Below, piece by piece: positions 16,014-32,039 of a stretch of 64,000 nt of DNA (the stretch's first letter is position 1; each line of letters starts with the position of its first letter). Below the pieces are notes generated by a model. It saw nothing but the letters and a program-made list of their open reading frames with translations, had not been told where the DNA came from and made no database searches. The stretch is from the human T2T-CHM13v2.0 reference genome, Homo sapiens. The DNA is taken from contig CP086569.2 of assembly GCA_009914755.4 (NCBI GenBank), forward strand, positions 2,368,001 through 2,432,000, given 5' to 3'. The translations under genes and the position numbers were made by a program.

Positions 16014-16320
16014 CGGGCGCGGCGGCTCACATCTGTAATCCCTGCACTTTGGGAGGCCAAGGCAGGCAGATCACTTGATGCCCGGAGTTTGAGACCAGCC
16101 TGGCCAACATGGCGAAACTCCATCTCTACTAAAAACACAAGAATTAGCTGGATGTGGTGGCACATGCCCATAGTCCCAGCTACTGGGGAAGCTGAGGAAG
16201 GAGAATCACTTGAACCCAGGAGGTGGAGGTTGCAGTGAGTTGAGATCATGCTACTGTACTCTAGCCTGGGCAACAGAGCAAAACTCTGCCTCAAAAGAAA
16301 AGAAAAGAAAAGAAAAAAAC
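16014..16320 (+). mobile_element. Alu (full length)
   Basis: ggcgcggcggctcacatctgtaatccctgcactttgggaggccaaggcaggcagatcacttga ... tcaaaagaaaagaaaagaaaagaaaaaaa. Confidence 0.9.
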
Positions 16321-17044
16321 AGCAAAAAGAGAACCCAGGTACTGGCTCTCCTCCTGCGTTTGCCCCGGTTGAGTGCATTCCTGCATTAGTGCAAGCCTTA
16401 GTCACGTTGCAGAGGAACTCACACACCCCATGTGGCCTCGGGGACTTCACTCTGGGTTCGTCCTGTTTTTTGAGTTGCCTGGCTGATGAGAAAAAGTAAA
16501 CATGGTTTGAATCAGTAGAAAGTGTCTTGTCAGACTGACTCATGCCATCTGTCGTCCGTTCCGCCTTGCCCTGATGAGCCATTACCCTGTCCCGGAAACA
16601 TCTGGAGCTTTGAGAGGGCCGGGTGGAAACAGCAGTGGCAGTTGGGGGTTCTGCTGAGGGTCTGGTCTCTTTGCAAATTTGCAGAGAGGCTGAATGCCGT
16701 AAACGTGCAACACAGGCACCTGAGTTCTCCACCAGGCTCCTTCTCTGAGGGCATGGTTGCAGCTCTTGCTGGGTGGGTTTTGTTGGTGTTTTCTTCACAT
16801 TTGTAGCCCCGGAGGTCGTTTTCAGGAGCAAAAAGGCAAGTGGGGGTGTCTGCTGTGAGCCCGCAATTTCCTGCCTACCACCTGAAAGCTCAGGGAATGT
16901 GATGAATTGGGAGATGAATCCTAGGCAATAAAGAGAGCAGTGGACTGAGTTAGGAGACGATAGCTTCATTTACAGAGATTCCTTTACTGACTGATGATCA
17001 TTGATTGGGTTTGCTTCCCCATGAGGCTTCAAGCCAATAGCACG

Positions 17045-17180
17045 TGCATTTGCATCCATTTATATACACCTGGGGGACTGCCTTCCTCACACACACCTGG
17101 GGGACTGCCTCCCTCACACACACCTGGGGAACTGCATCCCTTCACATACATAGGGAACTGTGTCCCTCACACACCTGGAA
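17045..17180. repeat. ~27-bp tandem repeat (cacacacctgggggactgcctccctca), ~4-5 copies
   Basis: tacacctgggggactgccttcctcacacacacctgggggactgcctccctcacacacacctggggaactgcatcccttcaca... Confidence 0.85.
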
Positions 17181-18089
17181 GATTAGCCTCAGAGGTGTCT
17201 GCAGTACCAGATTCCACCAGGGAGTGAACGTCTGATTATGGGTGATTCAGGGTGCCCACGTCTATATGAAATCGAGAGCGGGTCACCTCCCTTTCCTCCC
17301 TACTCTCTGTGGGGTGGTGTTTGGGGAGCTGTCTTAAGTGTTAGTCACCCGAGGAGAAAATGGTGAGGGTGGGACTCTGTATCTGGGAGAAAGGAGACCT
17401 TGGAGGCAGGGGACAGACTGACAGAGCCTTGAGCGATGGAAGCTGAGGTCGAGGGCCCAAGGTCGATGATAGAATGCTTGGGGTTGTCTCTCCTCTGGTG
17501 TCCTTGTCCTTCAGGCATCCTGGAGTGACATTGAAATTGTTTCAATTAAAAACTGTAGAAACAGCACAGAGATAAGAATGGAAGACAAGCTCCAAGTGCG
17601 GGGCTGAGGCGAGTTCTCCAAGGACTAGGGCTAAGGGCAGAGGGTGGGAGAAGGGGAGAAGGGCGTGAGGGGCATACTGTGTCCTTTGCCACCCACTCTC
17701 AGACTTGTTGTCTTGGACCTCCGTCGGCTGAGCTTGGGGTCCGGGGAGCAGTGGGTTTGGACACTCAGTGGTGACGTCAGCCGTAGTCCTGAAGCAGAGG
17801 GGAAGTTGGCAATCCAGGCTTGCCTGGGGGTGACACTGGTGGCGGGAGGGCCTGTGCCCTCCCCTGTAACTGGGTTTGTGTGGGGTCCATGGGGGCATTG
17901 GGGTCAGTGGAAGGAACATGAAGTGAGCCAGAGCATCGTCACTGTGGCCTCTGAGGGCAGGTGGAGCAAGAAAAGGAGGAAGCTTCTAAGTGACACCTGG
18001 TCCCAGCTCAGTGGCTATGACCAGGGAAGTCATGTGGAGGAAAAGGCTGGTGGACTCTGAGGGTGATGGAGGAGGATGGGAGGGGCAAG

Positions 18090-18760
18090 CTAGGCTGGGG
18101 AGGTGGCAGGCCATGGACACACACCAGACAGACACACATGTGCATGCACACATACACAGGCACATACATGCATGCACACTCATGCCATGCATATATGCAT
18201 GCATGCACACGTGTGCACCCACACAGCAAGTCACATGTGCACGTGAGCACACATGAAAACACACAAGCACATGCACATACTCCTGCAGTGCACATGCACA
18301 CCCATATATGCATGCACACAGGTGTGTGCTCAGATAGCACCCTCACACATATGCACACAAGCACACAGGCAAACACGCAGACACATGAACAAATGCACAT
18401 ATATATTCATGCAGTGCACTTGTGCACATATACACATGCAAACAGGTGTGCATTCAGCACACTCACAATGCACATGAAAACACGTGTGCACACACATGCA
18501 GTGCAATACATATATGCATGCACATGTGTGCCCACACCATACACCCACACATACGTGCAGGAGCACACACGTGCACACACAGAAACCACATGAATGCATG
18601 AGCACGCGTATATGAAATACACATGTACACATGAGCACATCCACACGCGCACATGCATGAACATAGACACACACATGCATGTACATAGACACGCACATGC
18701 ATGTACATAGACATGCACACGTATACCCAGGCCCTGCATTGGAAAAAATCCAAAATGTGG
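18090..18760. repeat. CA/TG-rich alternating purine-pyrimidine low-complexity block (acacatgcac-type units)
   Basis: ~670 bp dominated by cacacatgcatgcacac... units. It yields many overlapping Cys/His-rich spurious ORFs on both strands. Confidence 0.9.
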
Positions 18761-19620
18761 CTTGGTTGCAAAGAGCACATGAAGAGCTGTTGAATGCAGA
18801 GGTGCCCAGCAAGAAGCATGGACCTAAACCCGAAGGTGGTTGGGGGAAGCTTGGGGACACCTGGGTGGGCAAATGGCCCCCCTGAGGCCCAGGGACAGAT
18901 GCAAAAACCCAGCAAGCCAGGAGGGTCTTTGAAAAAAAAAATGTGTACCACATGTGACATTTCCCATGTGAGGGAAGCATCGAGATCATACTGTGTTTTC
19001 CCTGTGCCCTGCGATTTTGCAGCTGACATGCCCTTTCTGTGGAAATATATAGCAGTCCTCATGCTAGGATTGCGTGTTCTGTGTCAGGCAGCTGGGCATG
19101 GGAGTGCAGGGTGTGGGGTGGAACCTGGGAGGAGAGTTCTAGTTTTACCACTGTGTTCCGGCCGTGGGGTGTCCTGGGGAATGGAGGCCACCTCCTGACA
19201 CTGGAGTTTCCTGGGTTCTGCTGTGAGCGAGGAGTGGGAGAAGACAAGACTCTGGTCTTAGAAACCTTCCGAGTCTCGTACGCCCTTGACTGCCGTTTCT
19301 GAGTATTTCCTGAAGCTTGGGAAGGATGAGTCACTTTAAGGGGATTGTCCTATGTTGCTTTGTTTTGTTTCTTTAGTGACGGTGTCTATGATCATCTTCT
19401 GTTTATGAGGGTGAAATTACAGAAATAAGAAGGGTTACACTTAAAATAATATCTGTACTTTACTTTCACGTGTGGGGTTTTTTTTTGTCATTGCTGCTGC
19501 TTTTTTTTCTTTAACATTCTGACAGTTCTGTCTGCTTATTATTAAGTCTTCCTACCTTTCTAAAGAGAATGTCTTTCTTGCTAAAGAATACATTATGGAC
19601 TCTTGGAATCTCTTTGTTGG

Positions 19621-19680
19621 GGTGGAGGGGGTGGGGACTTGCCCTGACTTGCTGGGAATGCCCATAGGGTTTAGAAGTCA
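19621..19680. repeat. Left arm of ~50-bp inverted repeat (partner at 20143-20195)
   Basis: gacttgccctgacttgctgggaatgcccatagggtttagaagtcacgtct here; its reverse complement (agagatgacttctaaaccttcagggtattcccagcaagtcagggcaagtc) follows the Alu. Confidence 0.8.
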
Positions 19681-19710
19681 CGTCTACCGCTGAGGCACTA
19701 ACAAAGGTAA

Positions 19711-20133
<423 letters not shown>

Positions 20134-20159
20134 CCAGAGATGACTTCTAAACCTTCAGG

Positions 20160-20440
20160 GTATTCCCAGCAAGTCAGGGCAAGTCTATATATATATAATA
20201 TATATATGTGTATATATATATTTGTATAAATATATAATTCGTATATATAGTATGTATATATAGTATATATAGTATGTATGTATATGGTGTGTATATATGT
20301 AGTGTGTGTATACATAGTATGTGTATATACAGTATGTATGTATATAGTATGTGTATATATAGTATGTGTGTGTATTATATATATATATAGTATGTGTATG
20401 TGTGTATATATATATATGTTTATTTGGGATAAGGAAAGGA
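20160..20440. repeat. TA/TG-rich (TATATG / TGTATATA)n simple repeat
   Basis: tatatatataatatatatatgtgtatatatatatttgtataaatatata ... tgtgtatatatatatatg. Confidence 0.9.
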
Positions 20441-20720
20441 AATCAGTATGTCAAAGAGACACTCCCCTCCCATGTTTATTGCAGCACCATTCGGAGTAGC
20501 CAAGACATGCAGTCAATGGAAGAGCCCATCAAGGGATGAATGCAGAAAGAAAATGTGCTATATCAACTCTGTACATTCACTAAAAGCCATTCATTTGCAC
20601 AGTGAGAATAAGTGCCTTTCATGCTATGTAAACTATGCCTCAATAAAGCTATTAAATGAACAAAGAAAATAGGGTATATTCACAATGGAATGGTATTCAG
20701 CTTTAAAAAAGAAGGAGGTT

Positions 20721-21012
20721 GGCTGGGTGCGGTGGCTCATGCCTGTCATCCTAGCACTTTGGGAGGCTGAGGCAGGTGGATCACCTGAGGTCAGGAGTTC
20801 AAGACCAGCCTGGCCAACATGGTGAAACCCCGTCTCTAGTAAAAATACAAAAAATTAGCTGGGCATGATGGGCGGGCGCCTATAGTCCCAGCTACTCAGG
20901 AGGCTGAGGCAGGAGAATTGCTTGAACCCAGGAGGCGGAGGTTGTAGTGAGCCAAGATCATCGCACTCCAGCTTGGGCAACAGAGTGAGACTCTGTCTCA
21001 AAAAGAAAAAAG
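20721..21012 (+). mobile_element. Alu (full length)
   Basis: ggctgggtgcggtggctcatgcctgtcatcctagcactttgggaggctgaggcaggtggatcacctgaggtcagg ... gtctcaaaaagaaaaaag. Confidence 0.9.
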
Positions 21013-21699
21013 AAGGAAGTCCTGCCATTTGCAACAACATGGATGGAACTGGAGGACATGATGTTAAGTGCAGTAAGCCGAGCACAGAAAGACAAATACC
21101 GTCTGACCCAAACACGCTTACGTGGAATCTAAAACCACTGAACTCACAGAAGCAGAGTGGAATGGCGGTGACCAAGGGGTTGGGAGTGAGGGGTGGGGGA
21201 AATGGGGAAATGATGGGTAAAGGGTACAACATTTCCATCAGATAGGAAGGGATAAGTTCAGGGGTCTACTGTACTCAGGGTGACTGTGGTTAGTAAGAAT
21301 GCGTTGCATACTTGAAAATGCCTAAGACAGTAGCTTTGAACTGTTTGCACCACAAATAAATAGGCGAGGTAAGATGTAAATAAAGAAAAAAAATACTTCA
21401 AAAAATACAATTACAGATTTCTATGGAAACATATGAACATGAGTGCATATATATATTTATATGTGCGTGTGTCTGTACCTGCCTTATGGTTTATTCTGGA
21501 TCAGTAGGATCCTCCCTTGCTACCGTCTAAAGATCTGCCGCATGCTGCAGGAGGAGCTGTAATTGCATTTATGATGTCTGGCAAGTGTCCTGTTGTGGAA
21601 ACAGCCATTTCAGGGCTCTGAGGTTGTGGAAACGACTCCACTCTGGTTGCCGGCATGGGGCCCACAGAGCTGTTCCGAGCGTTTTGTCTACTTTCTACT

Positions 21700-22555
21700 T
21701 ATTGTTGACACACACAGAAACACACACGCAGCCATGAGTACACACACACACAGACATACAAGCAGACGTGGACACACCTACCTGTATGTACATACTCAAA
21801 ACACACCTTCACACTATACTCACCTACCCATACACACACGTGCACACAACTACATGTGTGCACACAAACACATGCATACATGCACCTATGCATATGCACA
21901 CGTGGAAACACACCTGCACACTACACACACCTACACATACACACACAAACCCACAAATGCACACACCCACACAGGCACAAACACACAAATGCACACACCC
22001 ACACATGCACAAACACACCTACACACATAAACATATTGACACATGCACACATGCACATGAAAAACACATATACACACTACATCCGCCTACACAGACACAC
22101 ACAAACCCACATATACATGCACCTACACACATGCACACATAACACCTACACACATGCATACAGAACCCACACATACATGCATCCATAGGCACACAGAAAC
22201 ACACCTACACACTGTGCACACCTACATATGCACACACAAACCCACATGAACATGCACTGACACATATGCACACAAAAAACACACTACACACACAGAAACC
22301 CACAAAATACACCTCCACACTTACACAAAACACGCCTACACATATGCACATACACAAACCCACACATACATGCACCTGCCTATATGCACCCACAACACAT
22401 ACACATATGCACACACAGAACTCACCTACACACCCCATACATGCACACAAAACCCACAAATACATACATGTGCACTGCAAATGCCCAAATATACATGCAC
22501 ACTCACACACACATACCCCTGTGACATATGCATGCACGCTTCATTTATACATGCA
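21700..22555. repeat. CA-rich low-complexity block (acacacatgcacac / cacctacacaca units)
   Basis: ~850 bp of cacacac/catgcacac variants. This is the source of the Thr/His/Cys-rich spurious ORFs on both strands. Confidence 0.9.
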
Positions 22556-23384
22556 GGAGCATAGCCTGGTCGTTTGCACCTGTTGTGGAACTGGACACAC
22601 TTCCGGTGTTCACAGGGCTCCTGCGGGTTGTTCTTGGACCCCTCGCCACCCACCGCCAGGTGCTTCCTGACGGTTGAGAGATGTTGTATGCCTTTGGTGC
22701 TGAGGAGTGGGGACGCTGGATGTTGACGATTATCCTAACTCTTCCTCCAGTTGACCAAACAGTCCAAGTCGACTTTTCCAAATTTTCCTGAATTTGGCTT
22801 TTCTTCAGTGCGCCAGAGATGGCCAGCCACGTTGAAGTAGCATTGAAATTGTTGTAATTAAAGACTGTAGAAACAGGGTAGCCTATCAATAATTCAGCAT
22901 GCCAGTTTCCTCATTCCGTGGGATTCCATGAGATTTTTTTTTAATGCATAATGCACGTGTCTTTCTGGGTTGTCTAGTGTTTCTACTATATTTTGGTTTG
23001 TAATTACAGGAAAGTTGCCAATAAAAAAGGGAGAATTTTGTTCCCCATGTTGTTTTCAGTACATATTCAAAATTGTTATTCATCTGTTTGAAAGGAACGA
23101 CCTGTTAAGAATAATACACAAAATGATCGTGTTTTTACACTATTTTAATTTCTACTAAGCTTGAAGGTCATCATTTATTTAAAACCTAGGCTAACATATT
23201 CTTACTTTTAGGCATGGAAGTGAATATTTAGAATGAGAAGAGAAATCACGCACCTTGTAAATTTTTTTAAGTTGCTGTTTTAAATATCACAAAAAGAAAA
23301 ATCGCATATCTTTTTTATCTCTATAATATTCAAATTTATTTTTATTTTTCTTGTTTCTAAGTTGACTCTTTTTTTCTCTCTTAG

Positions 23385-23417
23385 ATGGTGGTTTCGATTT
23401 ATCCGATGCCCTTCCTG
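23385..23417 (+). CDS. CD99: CD99 exon 2 (…D GGFDLSDALP…), phase 1-1
   Basis: ttag|atggtggtttcgatttatccgatgcccttcctg|gtgagt. Translation continues CD99 residues 23-33. Confidence 0.95.
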
Positions 23418-24334
23418 GTGAGTATCAACATCATTTTTTAAAATCCCGTCAATATTTTATGTTAACATAGTATATACAGGCATATCCCAGCCATTTCCAG
23501 CTAGGTTCTAGACCACCGCAATAACAGGAGTCATAGCAATTTTTGGCTTCCCAGTACATATAAATGTTATGTTTACTCTCAACTGTAGTCTATTAAGTAT
23601 GCAATAGCATTACCTCTAAAAACAGTATACTCCAATTGAAAATACCTTATTGCTAAAAAATGCAGATACAGAGACAGGAAGTGGGGCACGTGCTGTTGGA
23701 AAAAATGATGCCGAGAGTCTGGCTTGCCACAGGGTTGCTGCAGGCCTTCCGTTTGTAAAACACACAGTATTTGCAAAGCACCTTAAGACAAAGTGCAGTG
23801 AAGGAGGTCCGCCTGTATGTGTCCACCTGCCTTATTATAAAAACTAGACTCATAGATGACGAGGAAAAGCAAGATGCCCTTGTTAAGATAAATGAACCAC
23901 CCTGGTGGAATAATTCACAGTCCTGTGATGGTCAGAGGCCGAGCAAAAACTTGCCAGGTCCTTGGGGAGGGGTCTAGAGGAGGTGAGCAAATGGAGGTCC
24001 CCAGGAGAGAGGGGCATCCAGTGCTGGCATCCTCCCTCTCGAAATCGGCACCCGCTGTCTCCATGGGGCCACTCCTTCCTTCTTCTGCAGCTCTTCCTGT
24101 CTCCCGCTCCTCACCCAGAGCCCTCGGTGAAGGGCATGGGAAAAGGAATTGAAGGAATTCCGTCTTATCACTCTTATCAGCTTCTGGGTCTTGTCATCCC
24201 TTTGTATTTGTTTTCCGGGGCTGCCATAAAAAGGTGCCACCAACTGGGGGCTTAAACCACAGGGATTTATCATCTTCCAGACCTGGACAACAGAAGTCTG
24301 AGATCAAGGTGTAGACAGACCCATGCTCCCTCTA

Positions 24335-25280
<946 letters not shown>

Positions 25281-25309
25281 ACCCTCTTCACTTTTTTATG
25301 TTTTACATT

Positions 25310-25640
25310 TTTTTTTTCTGAGACACTGTCTCGCTGTGTTGCTCAGGTTGGAGTGCAGTGTTGGGATCTTGGCTCACTGCAGCCTTGACCGTCTGGGCTC
25401 AAGCAGTCCTCCCACCTCAGCCTGCTGAGTAGCTGGGACTACAGGCATGTGCCACCTCACCTGGTACAGTGAGCAACACGGGGTCTCACTGTGTTGCTCA
25501 GATTGGAGTGCCACGGTGGGATCTTGTCTCACTACAGCCTTGACCATGTGGGTTCGAGCAATCCTCCCACCTCAGCCTCCCAAAGTGCTGAGGCGTGAGA
25601 GGATTGCAGACACGAGCCACTGCACCTCGCCAGCTTTTAA
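25310..25640 (-). mobile_element. Two adjacent diverged Alu fragments
   Basis: gagacactgtctcgctgtgttgctcaggttggagtgcagtgttgggatcttggctcactgcagcc... then ...ggggtctcactgtgttgctcagattggagtgccacggtgggatcttgtctcactacagcc... Confidence 0.75.
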
Positions 25641-26028
25641 TTTTATGTCCTGTGGTGCAGTGCAGATGGTTTGAGCGGAAACAGTGCTGATGGGGATCAT
25701 CTCTTTCCTGACCACCTACCCCTTCTTGGCCCTTGGGAACAACCTTTCCCTGCAGTGGGAGGTGCCCTTAGTCTTACAGCCTCCACCTGATTTGCCTGAT
25801 TGGCTTCCATTCTCAGAGGGGGCAGCCTAGGCAGAGGCCTGACGGGGCCAAAAGTGTGTTTCATATGAGAAATGTGAACAGCCTTTCAGCCATCAATCCG
25901 GTGTCTCTCCTTCTCATGCATAGATCTCGGGCTCTGAAAAGGGCAGTTTTTCTCCTAACTTTGCCATTCTCCTGCCTTCCTGGCTTATGTCTCAGTCATA
26001 GTCCCATTCAACGTCAAGAAGTGGAGAA

Positions 26029-26542
<514 letters not shown>

Positions 26543-26571
26543 TTACTAACTGAAATATCTTATCTCTTTAG

Positions 26572-26619
26572 ACAATGAAAACAAGAAACCCACTGCAATC
26601 CCCAAGAAACCCAGTGCTG
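26572..26619 (+). CDS. CD99: CD99 exon 3 (…D NENKKPTAIPKKPSA G…), phase 1-1
   Basis: ctctttag|acaatgaaaacaagaaacccactgcaatccccaagaaacccagtgctg|gtgaga. Confidence 0.95.
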
Positions 26620-26904
26620 GTGAGAAGGGCTTCTTCCTAGTATGCAAAGAAAAAGAGCAAATCATTTTCTCGGACAGCAGGACGGGACTTAGGCAACTAG
26701 AAAGAAGACAGAAGTGATTTGAGTGCTCCGGCTGGAGTCTGGTTAATAGTTAATACTGGAATTGTGTTATGATGTTACATTTCATGTAGTGATTCCAGTA
26801 AAAGAATGGTTGCTGATGTGAAATGTTTCGGGGCCATTTGGACAACATCTCTGTGTGCTTTTATTCTAAGGGTCTGAGTTACTCTGTCTTTAGATTTTCT
26901 TCCC

Positions 26905-27194
26905 TTTTTTTTTTTTTTTTTTGAGATGGCGTTTCATTCTTGTCTCCCAGGCTGGAGTGCAGTGGTGTGATCTTGGCTCACTGCAACCTCCACCTCCTGG
27001 GTTCGGTGATTCTCCTGCCTCAGATGCCTCAGTAGCTGGGACTGCAGGCACCAGCCACCACACCTGGTTAATTGTTGTATTTTTAGTCGAGACGAGGTTT
27101 CACTATGTCGGCCAGGCTGGTCTTGAACTCCTGACTTCAGGCAATCTGCCTCCCAAAGTGCTGGGATTACAGCCGTGAGCCACCATGCACGGCC
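26905..27194 (-). mobile_element. Alu (full length) with TSD ctgtctttagatttc
   Basis: Poly-T, then gagatggcgtttcattcttgtctcccaggctggagtgcagtggtgtgatcttggctcactgc ... ccgtgagccaccatgcacggcc. Confidence 0.9.
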
Positions 27195-27242
27195 TGTGTC
27201 TTTAGATTTCAACTTCCTAGGAGAGAGAGCATTTGGTGCTGA

Positions 27243-27631
<389 letters not shown>

Positions 27632-28625
27632 CCTCAATGCTGTTCTTTCAAACAAAAGTCAGAAACGAGGTCCACGTGATGGAATTGCCCAAGGGTCAAC
27701 CCCACTGGCGGATAAACAGAGTAAAAATGATGCTAAAACTTATGGCATCAGTGTCTTACAGCTAAGACACTGTCTTGTCTTAGCACTTCTGAGTTTTCTA
27801 ATATAAAACATTAATAGCTCCACTTCATTATTGGGCTTCCTGTCTAGAGTGTCAGCTCATGAGCAAAGGGACCCTGTGTCCCCAGATCCTTGAACTAAGC
27901 AATCATGCAGATAGCACCAATGAGTAGGTGTTGAGCGTCTGAATTTATACTATCATAGTCTCCTTGAGGAAGGGACTGGAAATTCCCATATGTCACTCAG
28001 GATGGCTCAGTACATGCTGTTGGGTGGATGCCAGCAACCATTCCTCCATCTTAGTTGGGTTTTCAAAATCATTCTTCATACTAGAAGACAAGATCTGAGG
28101 CCATGGTGAACTGTCACATCAGTTGCGGAGCACATATGGGTTGCTAGAGCCACGTTTTAGACACCCTCTAGCCTAAATCTGATCACAGTCATCTGTCCCC
28201 TTCTCTTAGGGTCTACCTTTCCAAAGTTGTTAGGGACCTGGGAGGAGAGGATGATGGGATGGGGAGTCAACAGGAGAAAATCATGTGCAGGCAGAATTGG
28301 AATTTCAACTTGGTCCAGGCAACACAATTCATTTATAAATTACTTTATTTCTCTCTCTCTCTCCCCCACTGCCTCTCCTCTGAGAGCTTCTCTCCTAGCT
28401 TTTTATCTGTCTCTGTCTCTCTGTTTTTTCCTCTTTTTATCTGAGAGAATAGTGATGTAAAAATGGTCAGGAATTCACTTTTTCTAATGAGATCCTGGTC
28501 AAGCTGATATTCAGAAAAGTATTTAGGAATGTGGGGCCGTGGTGTGTTTTTGATCTGTTCACGAGGTCATTCCTTCCTCGTTTCTCTCTGGAATTTGGTA
28601 TTAACTGCTCTTTCCCCTCTTTTAG

Positions 28626-28670
28626 GGGATGACTTTGACTTAGGAGATGCTGTTGTTGATGGAGAAAATG
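28626..28670 (+). CDS. CD99: CD99 exon 4 (…G DDFDLGDAVVDGEN D…), phase 1-1
   Basis: ctcttttag|gggatgactttgacttaggagatgctgttgttgatggagaaaatg|gtgagt. Confidence 0.95.
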
Positions 28671-29320
28671 GTGAGTATTTTCCTTTAATCTCTTCTGCTG
28701 CTGATCTGCTTATTATCACCCAATTATGATCATTTCAGAGAGAATTCTCCCATTTAAATTATAAAGGGAACCAGTTTTCACAGTGGAAACCTAGGGAATA
28801 GGTGTGTCGGTTTGTTCTTGCTGTTGTCGTTGGGTTTTTCTTTACAACCAGTACGTGTGCTTTTATTTTAAAACTCTTACAGTCTTTGGAAGGACATGAG
28901 ACAAATGTGCCTACCCTGGCCAGGGCTGGCTTCACCAGCATGTGACCTGTGCAGTGGCACAGGACCCCATGGCATGTTGGTTTGGCATGGGAACCATACT
29001 GGTTTACTGCTCTGTTGCCGCCATCTTGGAATACTGAAGAAAATTTGAAAAATGGGTCCCACCTTTTTATTTTGGCCCTAGAAATTCTGTAGCTGGTGTG
29101 GACACCCGCTTTAATTTTTATTAAACATAGTTGACATTAAGAACTGTGGCTGAAAGTTGATGGGAGGAAACTGGCAGGAGACTGTGTGTGTACAGGTATC
29201 CCCACCAGGACAAAGGCCAAGGTCCAATTTCTGTTCAGGGAACCATCTGTGTGTAAACTGATGTTTCATTTTCTTTACTGCAAGGCACTTAAAATTGCAA
29301 CTCTCATCTTTCACAAACAG

Positions 29321-29389
29321 ACGACCCACGACCACCGAACCCACCCAAACCGATGCCAAATCCAAACCCCAACCACCCTAGTTCCTCCG
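29321..29389 (+). CDS. CD99: CD99 exon 5 (…D DPRPPNPPKPMPNPNPNHPSS G…), phase 1-1
   Basis: cacaaacag|acgacccacgaccaccgaacccacccaaaccgatgccaaatccaaaccccaaccaccctagttcctccg|gtaaga. Confidence 0.95.
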
Positions 29390-29580
29390 GTAAGAGTCTC
29401 TGACCCTGTGGGATGTCTTCATGTTGTTCAGAATTCAGCGATATTTATGTCAGCTGAGAGGAGGTGATTTCAGATGAGTGTGTGCTTACTGTTGACTGCC
29501 TGTGCAGTGTAATGCCCATGTTCATGTAATGGAAAATGTACATTTCAAAAATATATATTTAGCTTGGATTTTATTTTTAG

Positions 29581-29893
<313 letters not shown>

Positions 29894-30251
29894 AGTTTGC
29901 TACTTTTGTTTCCAAGTTCCATCTTATGGAACTTCTAAAAAATTGCATACAAGAATTTAAATGTAGACTTGATAAAGAGAAAAGTATTGGCATACACATT
30001 CCTTGTGGAGAAGCTAGTGTGTTTTAAATCTTTCTGCCCTTAAATATTTAAGTCAGTTTTTCTGACATATCACAGCATTTTCAGCGTAATTCGAATAGCA
30101 CCAGTTTTTTTTTTTTAGCTGAATGGTTGTCGAAAGTTTATATGTTTAGGTTTTTTTGTTTACATATTTAATTTTTAACACAGAAGAATATTAATGATGT
30201 CCATATCTTGTTGACATTTTGATGGCTATTTGTGCTAGTATTTTATATATC

Positions 30252-30562
30252 TTTTTTTTTTCTTTTTTGAGACAGGGTCTCACTCTGTTGTCCAGGCTAG
30301 AGTACAGTGCTGTGATCATATTAAACATAAGAGCATACCACAGCCTCCAACTCCTGGGCTAGAGAGATCCCCCTGCCTCAGCCTTTCAAGTAGCTGGGGC
30401 TACAGGCACACAGCATCGTGACCAGTTAGTTTTTTCATTTTTTGTAGAGGTGGGGTCTCAGTATGTTGCCCAGGCTGGTCTGAAACTCCTGGCCTCAAGC
30501 AGTCCTCTTGCCTCAGCATCCCAAATCTCTGAGATTACAGGCACGAGTCACCTCACCCAGCC
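30252..30562 (-). mobile_element. Alu (old, AluJ-like, diverged)
   Basis: ttttttgagacagggtctcactctgttgtccaggctagagtacagtgctgtgatcat ... gattacaggcacgagtcacctcacccagcc. Confidence 0.8.
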
Positions 30563-31294
30563 TATATATTAATCTAAATGAAATAAATTTTAAATAAAGT
30601 TCCAAGTCTTTTGTTTGTACTGCATTGTAACATTACTTTTTGCTTACTGATAGTCCATGAACATTTTTTCATGTCATGTAATCATTTCTATCGTATGAGT
30701 TTTACTGATAATCATGTACTATTACATACTACATATATAATTATATTCTTCCTGTAACTAATCCCTAATTCTGAAAATGTTATGTTTCTTCTGGCATTTT
30801 AGAATTATGAATTAACAAAGCAAATCTGAGTCAACTCCATGCGCTATTTTTATTCCTTTGAAGACATTTCTAGCATTCAAATAGTTTAGATCAACGTATA
30901 TGAGTACTTTCGTAGCTTTTGACCTGGTTGTTAATTTGCTGCAGATTTTTACCAATTTATTTTGATGCCAGGGGTGTGTGCAAATGTCCCTGTCTTCACA
31001 CCATCTCCAATATTAGTTATCACCTAGGAAACCTTTGCAAATAGTGTGAAATTTTCTATCAACTTTCTCCTGGTTTCATGACTTTACTTTTAAAATTAAA
31101 AAAAAAAAACAAACCTGCATCAATTGGCCGTGGATACTTCTTATTTTGTGTATTGTATGCTTTGCCTTTTATTCTTACATTCTGATATGACATTATTGAT
31201 TTATAAGCCTTCTTCATTTATTTACAGACATAAATATTGCCAGCATGCAATATTATGCTCACGTTTTTCCACTTTATTTATGGTTTTTTGTTTT

Positions 31295-31537
<243 letters not shown>

Positions 31538-31592
31538 TGAAGACCCTTGGAGGAGTTCCAGGTTGACAGGTGATGCTGTATTTTCTTTCCTA

Positions 31593-31640
31593 GGTAGCTT
31601 TTCAGATGCTGACCTTGCGGATGGCGTTTCAGGTGGAGAA
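31593..31640 (+). CDS. CD99: CD99 exon 6 (…G SFSDADLADGVSGGE G…), phase 1-1
   Basis: tttctttcctag|gtagcttttcagatgctgaccttgcggatggcgtttcaggtggagaag|gtacag. Confidence 0.95.
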
Positions 31641-32039
31641 GGTACAGTTATCTTGTTTTCTGTCTCTTTTCTCTCTCCATCCCATGATGCCCACCTGCTC
31701 TGTAGAATCACTACAGGGTCTAAACTGTCAGCTCTCTGTGAACTCACAGTGAAATGTTCAGCCATCTCTGTGGGAACTCCGCCTGTTTGCTGAGGCTTCA
31801 AGGATGTGGGAAGTAAAGGCTGCCCCGTAGAGGTTCGGTCCTCGGAGAAGAGTTCAGGGCCCAGGCAGCTGCCCCACTTTTCTGAGGGACAGGGCGTGAT
31901 GAATGGGCCCTTGTCACCACCTCCTCACCCATCCGTTCACCTGTGTGTTCTTGCAAATAACTAGTGTTGTTTCAGCTTCATTTTATTAGGCTGTTTTCTG
32001 TAATTTAAGGAATGTGAATATTAAAGCCCTGAGAATAGT

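Noticed and set aside
15995-16969. 324-aa ORF on the - strand
   Set aside because: Its C-terminal ~100 aa translate the Alu at 16014-16320 (…[28 protein letters not shown]…). The remainder has no recognisable domain or splice context. It is most likely a chance ORF in intron 1 of CD99.
18008-19062. Cluster of Cys/His/Met-rich ORFs (130-219 aa) on both strands
   Set aside because: They arise from the CA/TG 'acacatgcac' low-complexity block. The same region is open in several frames on both strands.
21593-22670. Thr/His-rich ORFs of 110-145 aa on both strands
   Set aside because: They derive from the CA-rich simple-repeat block.
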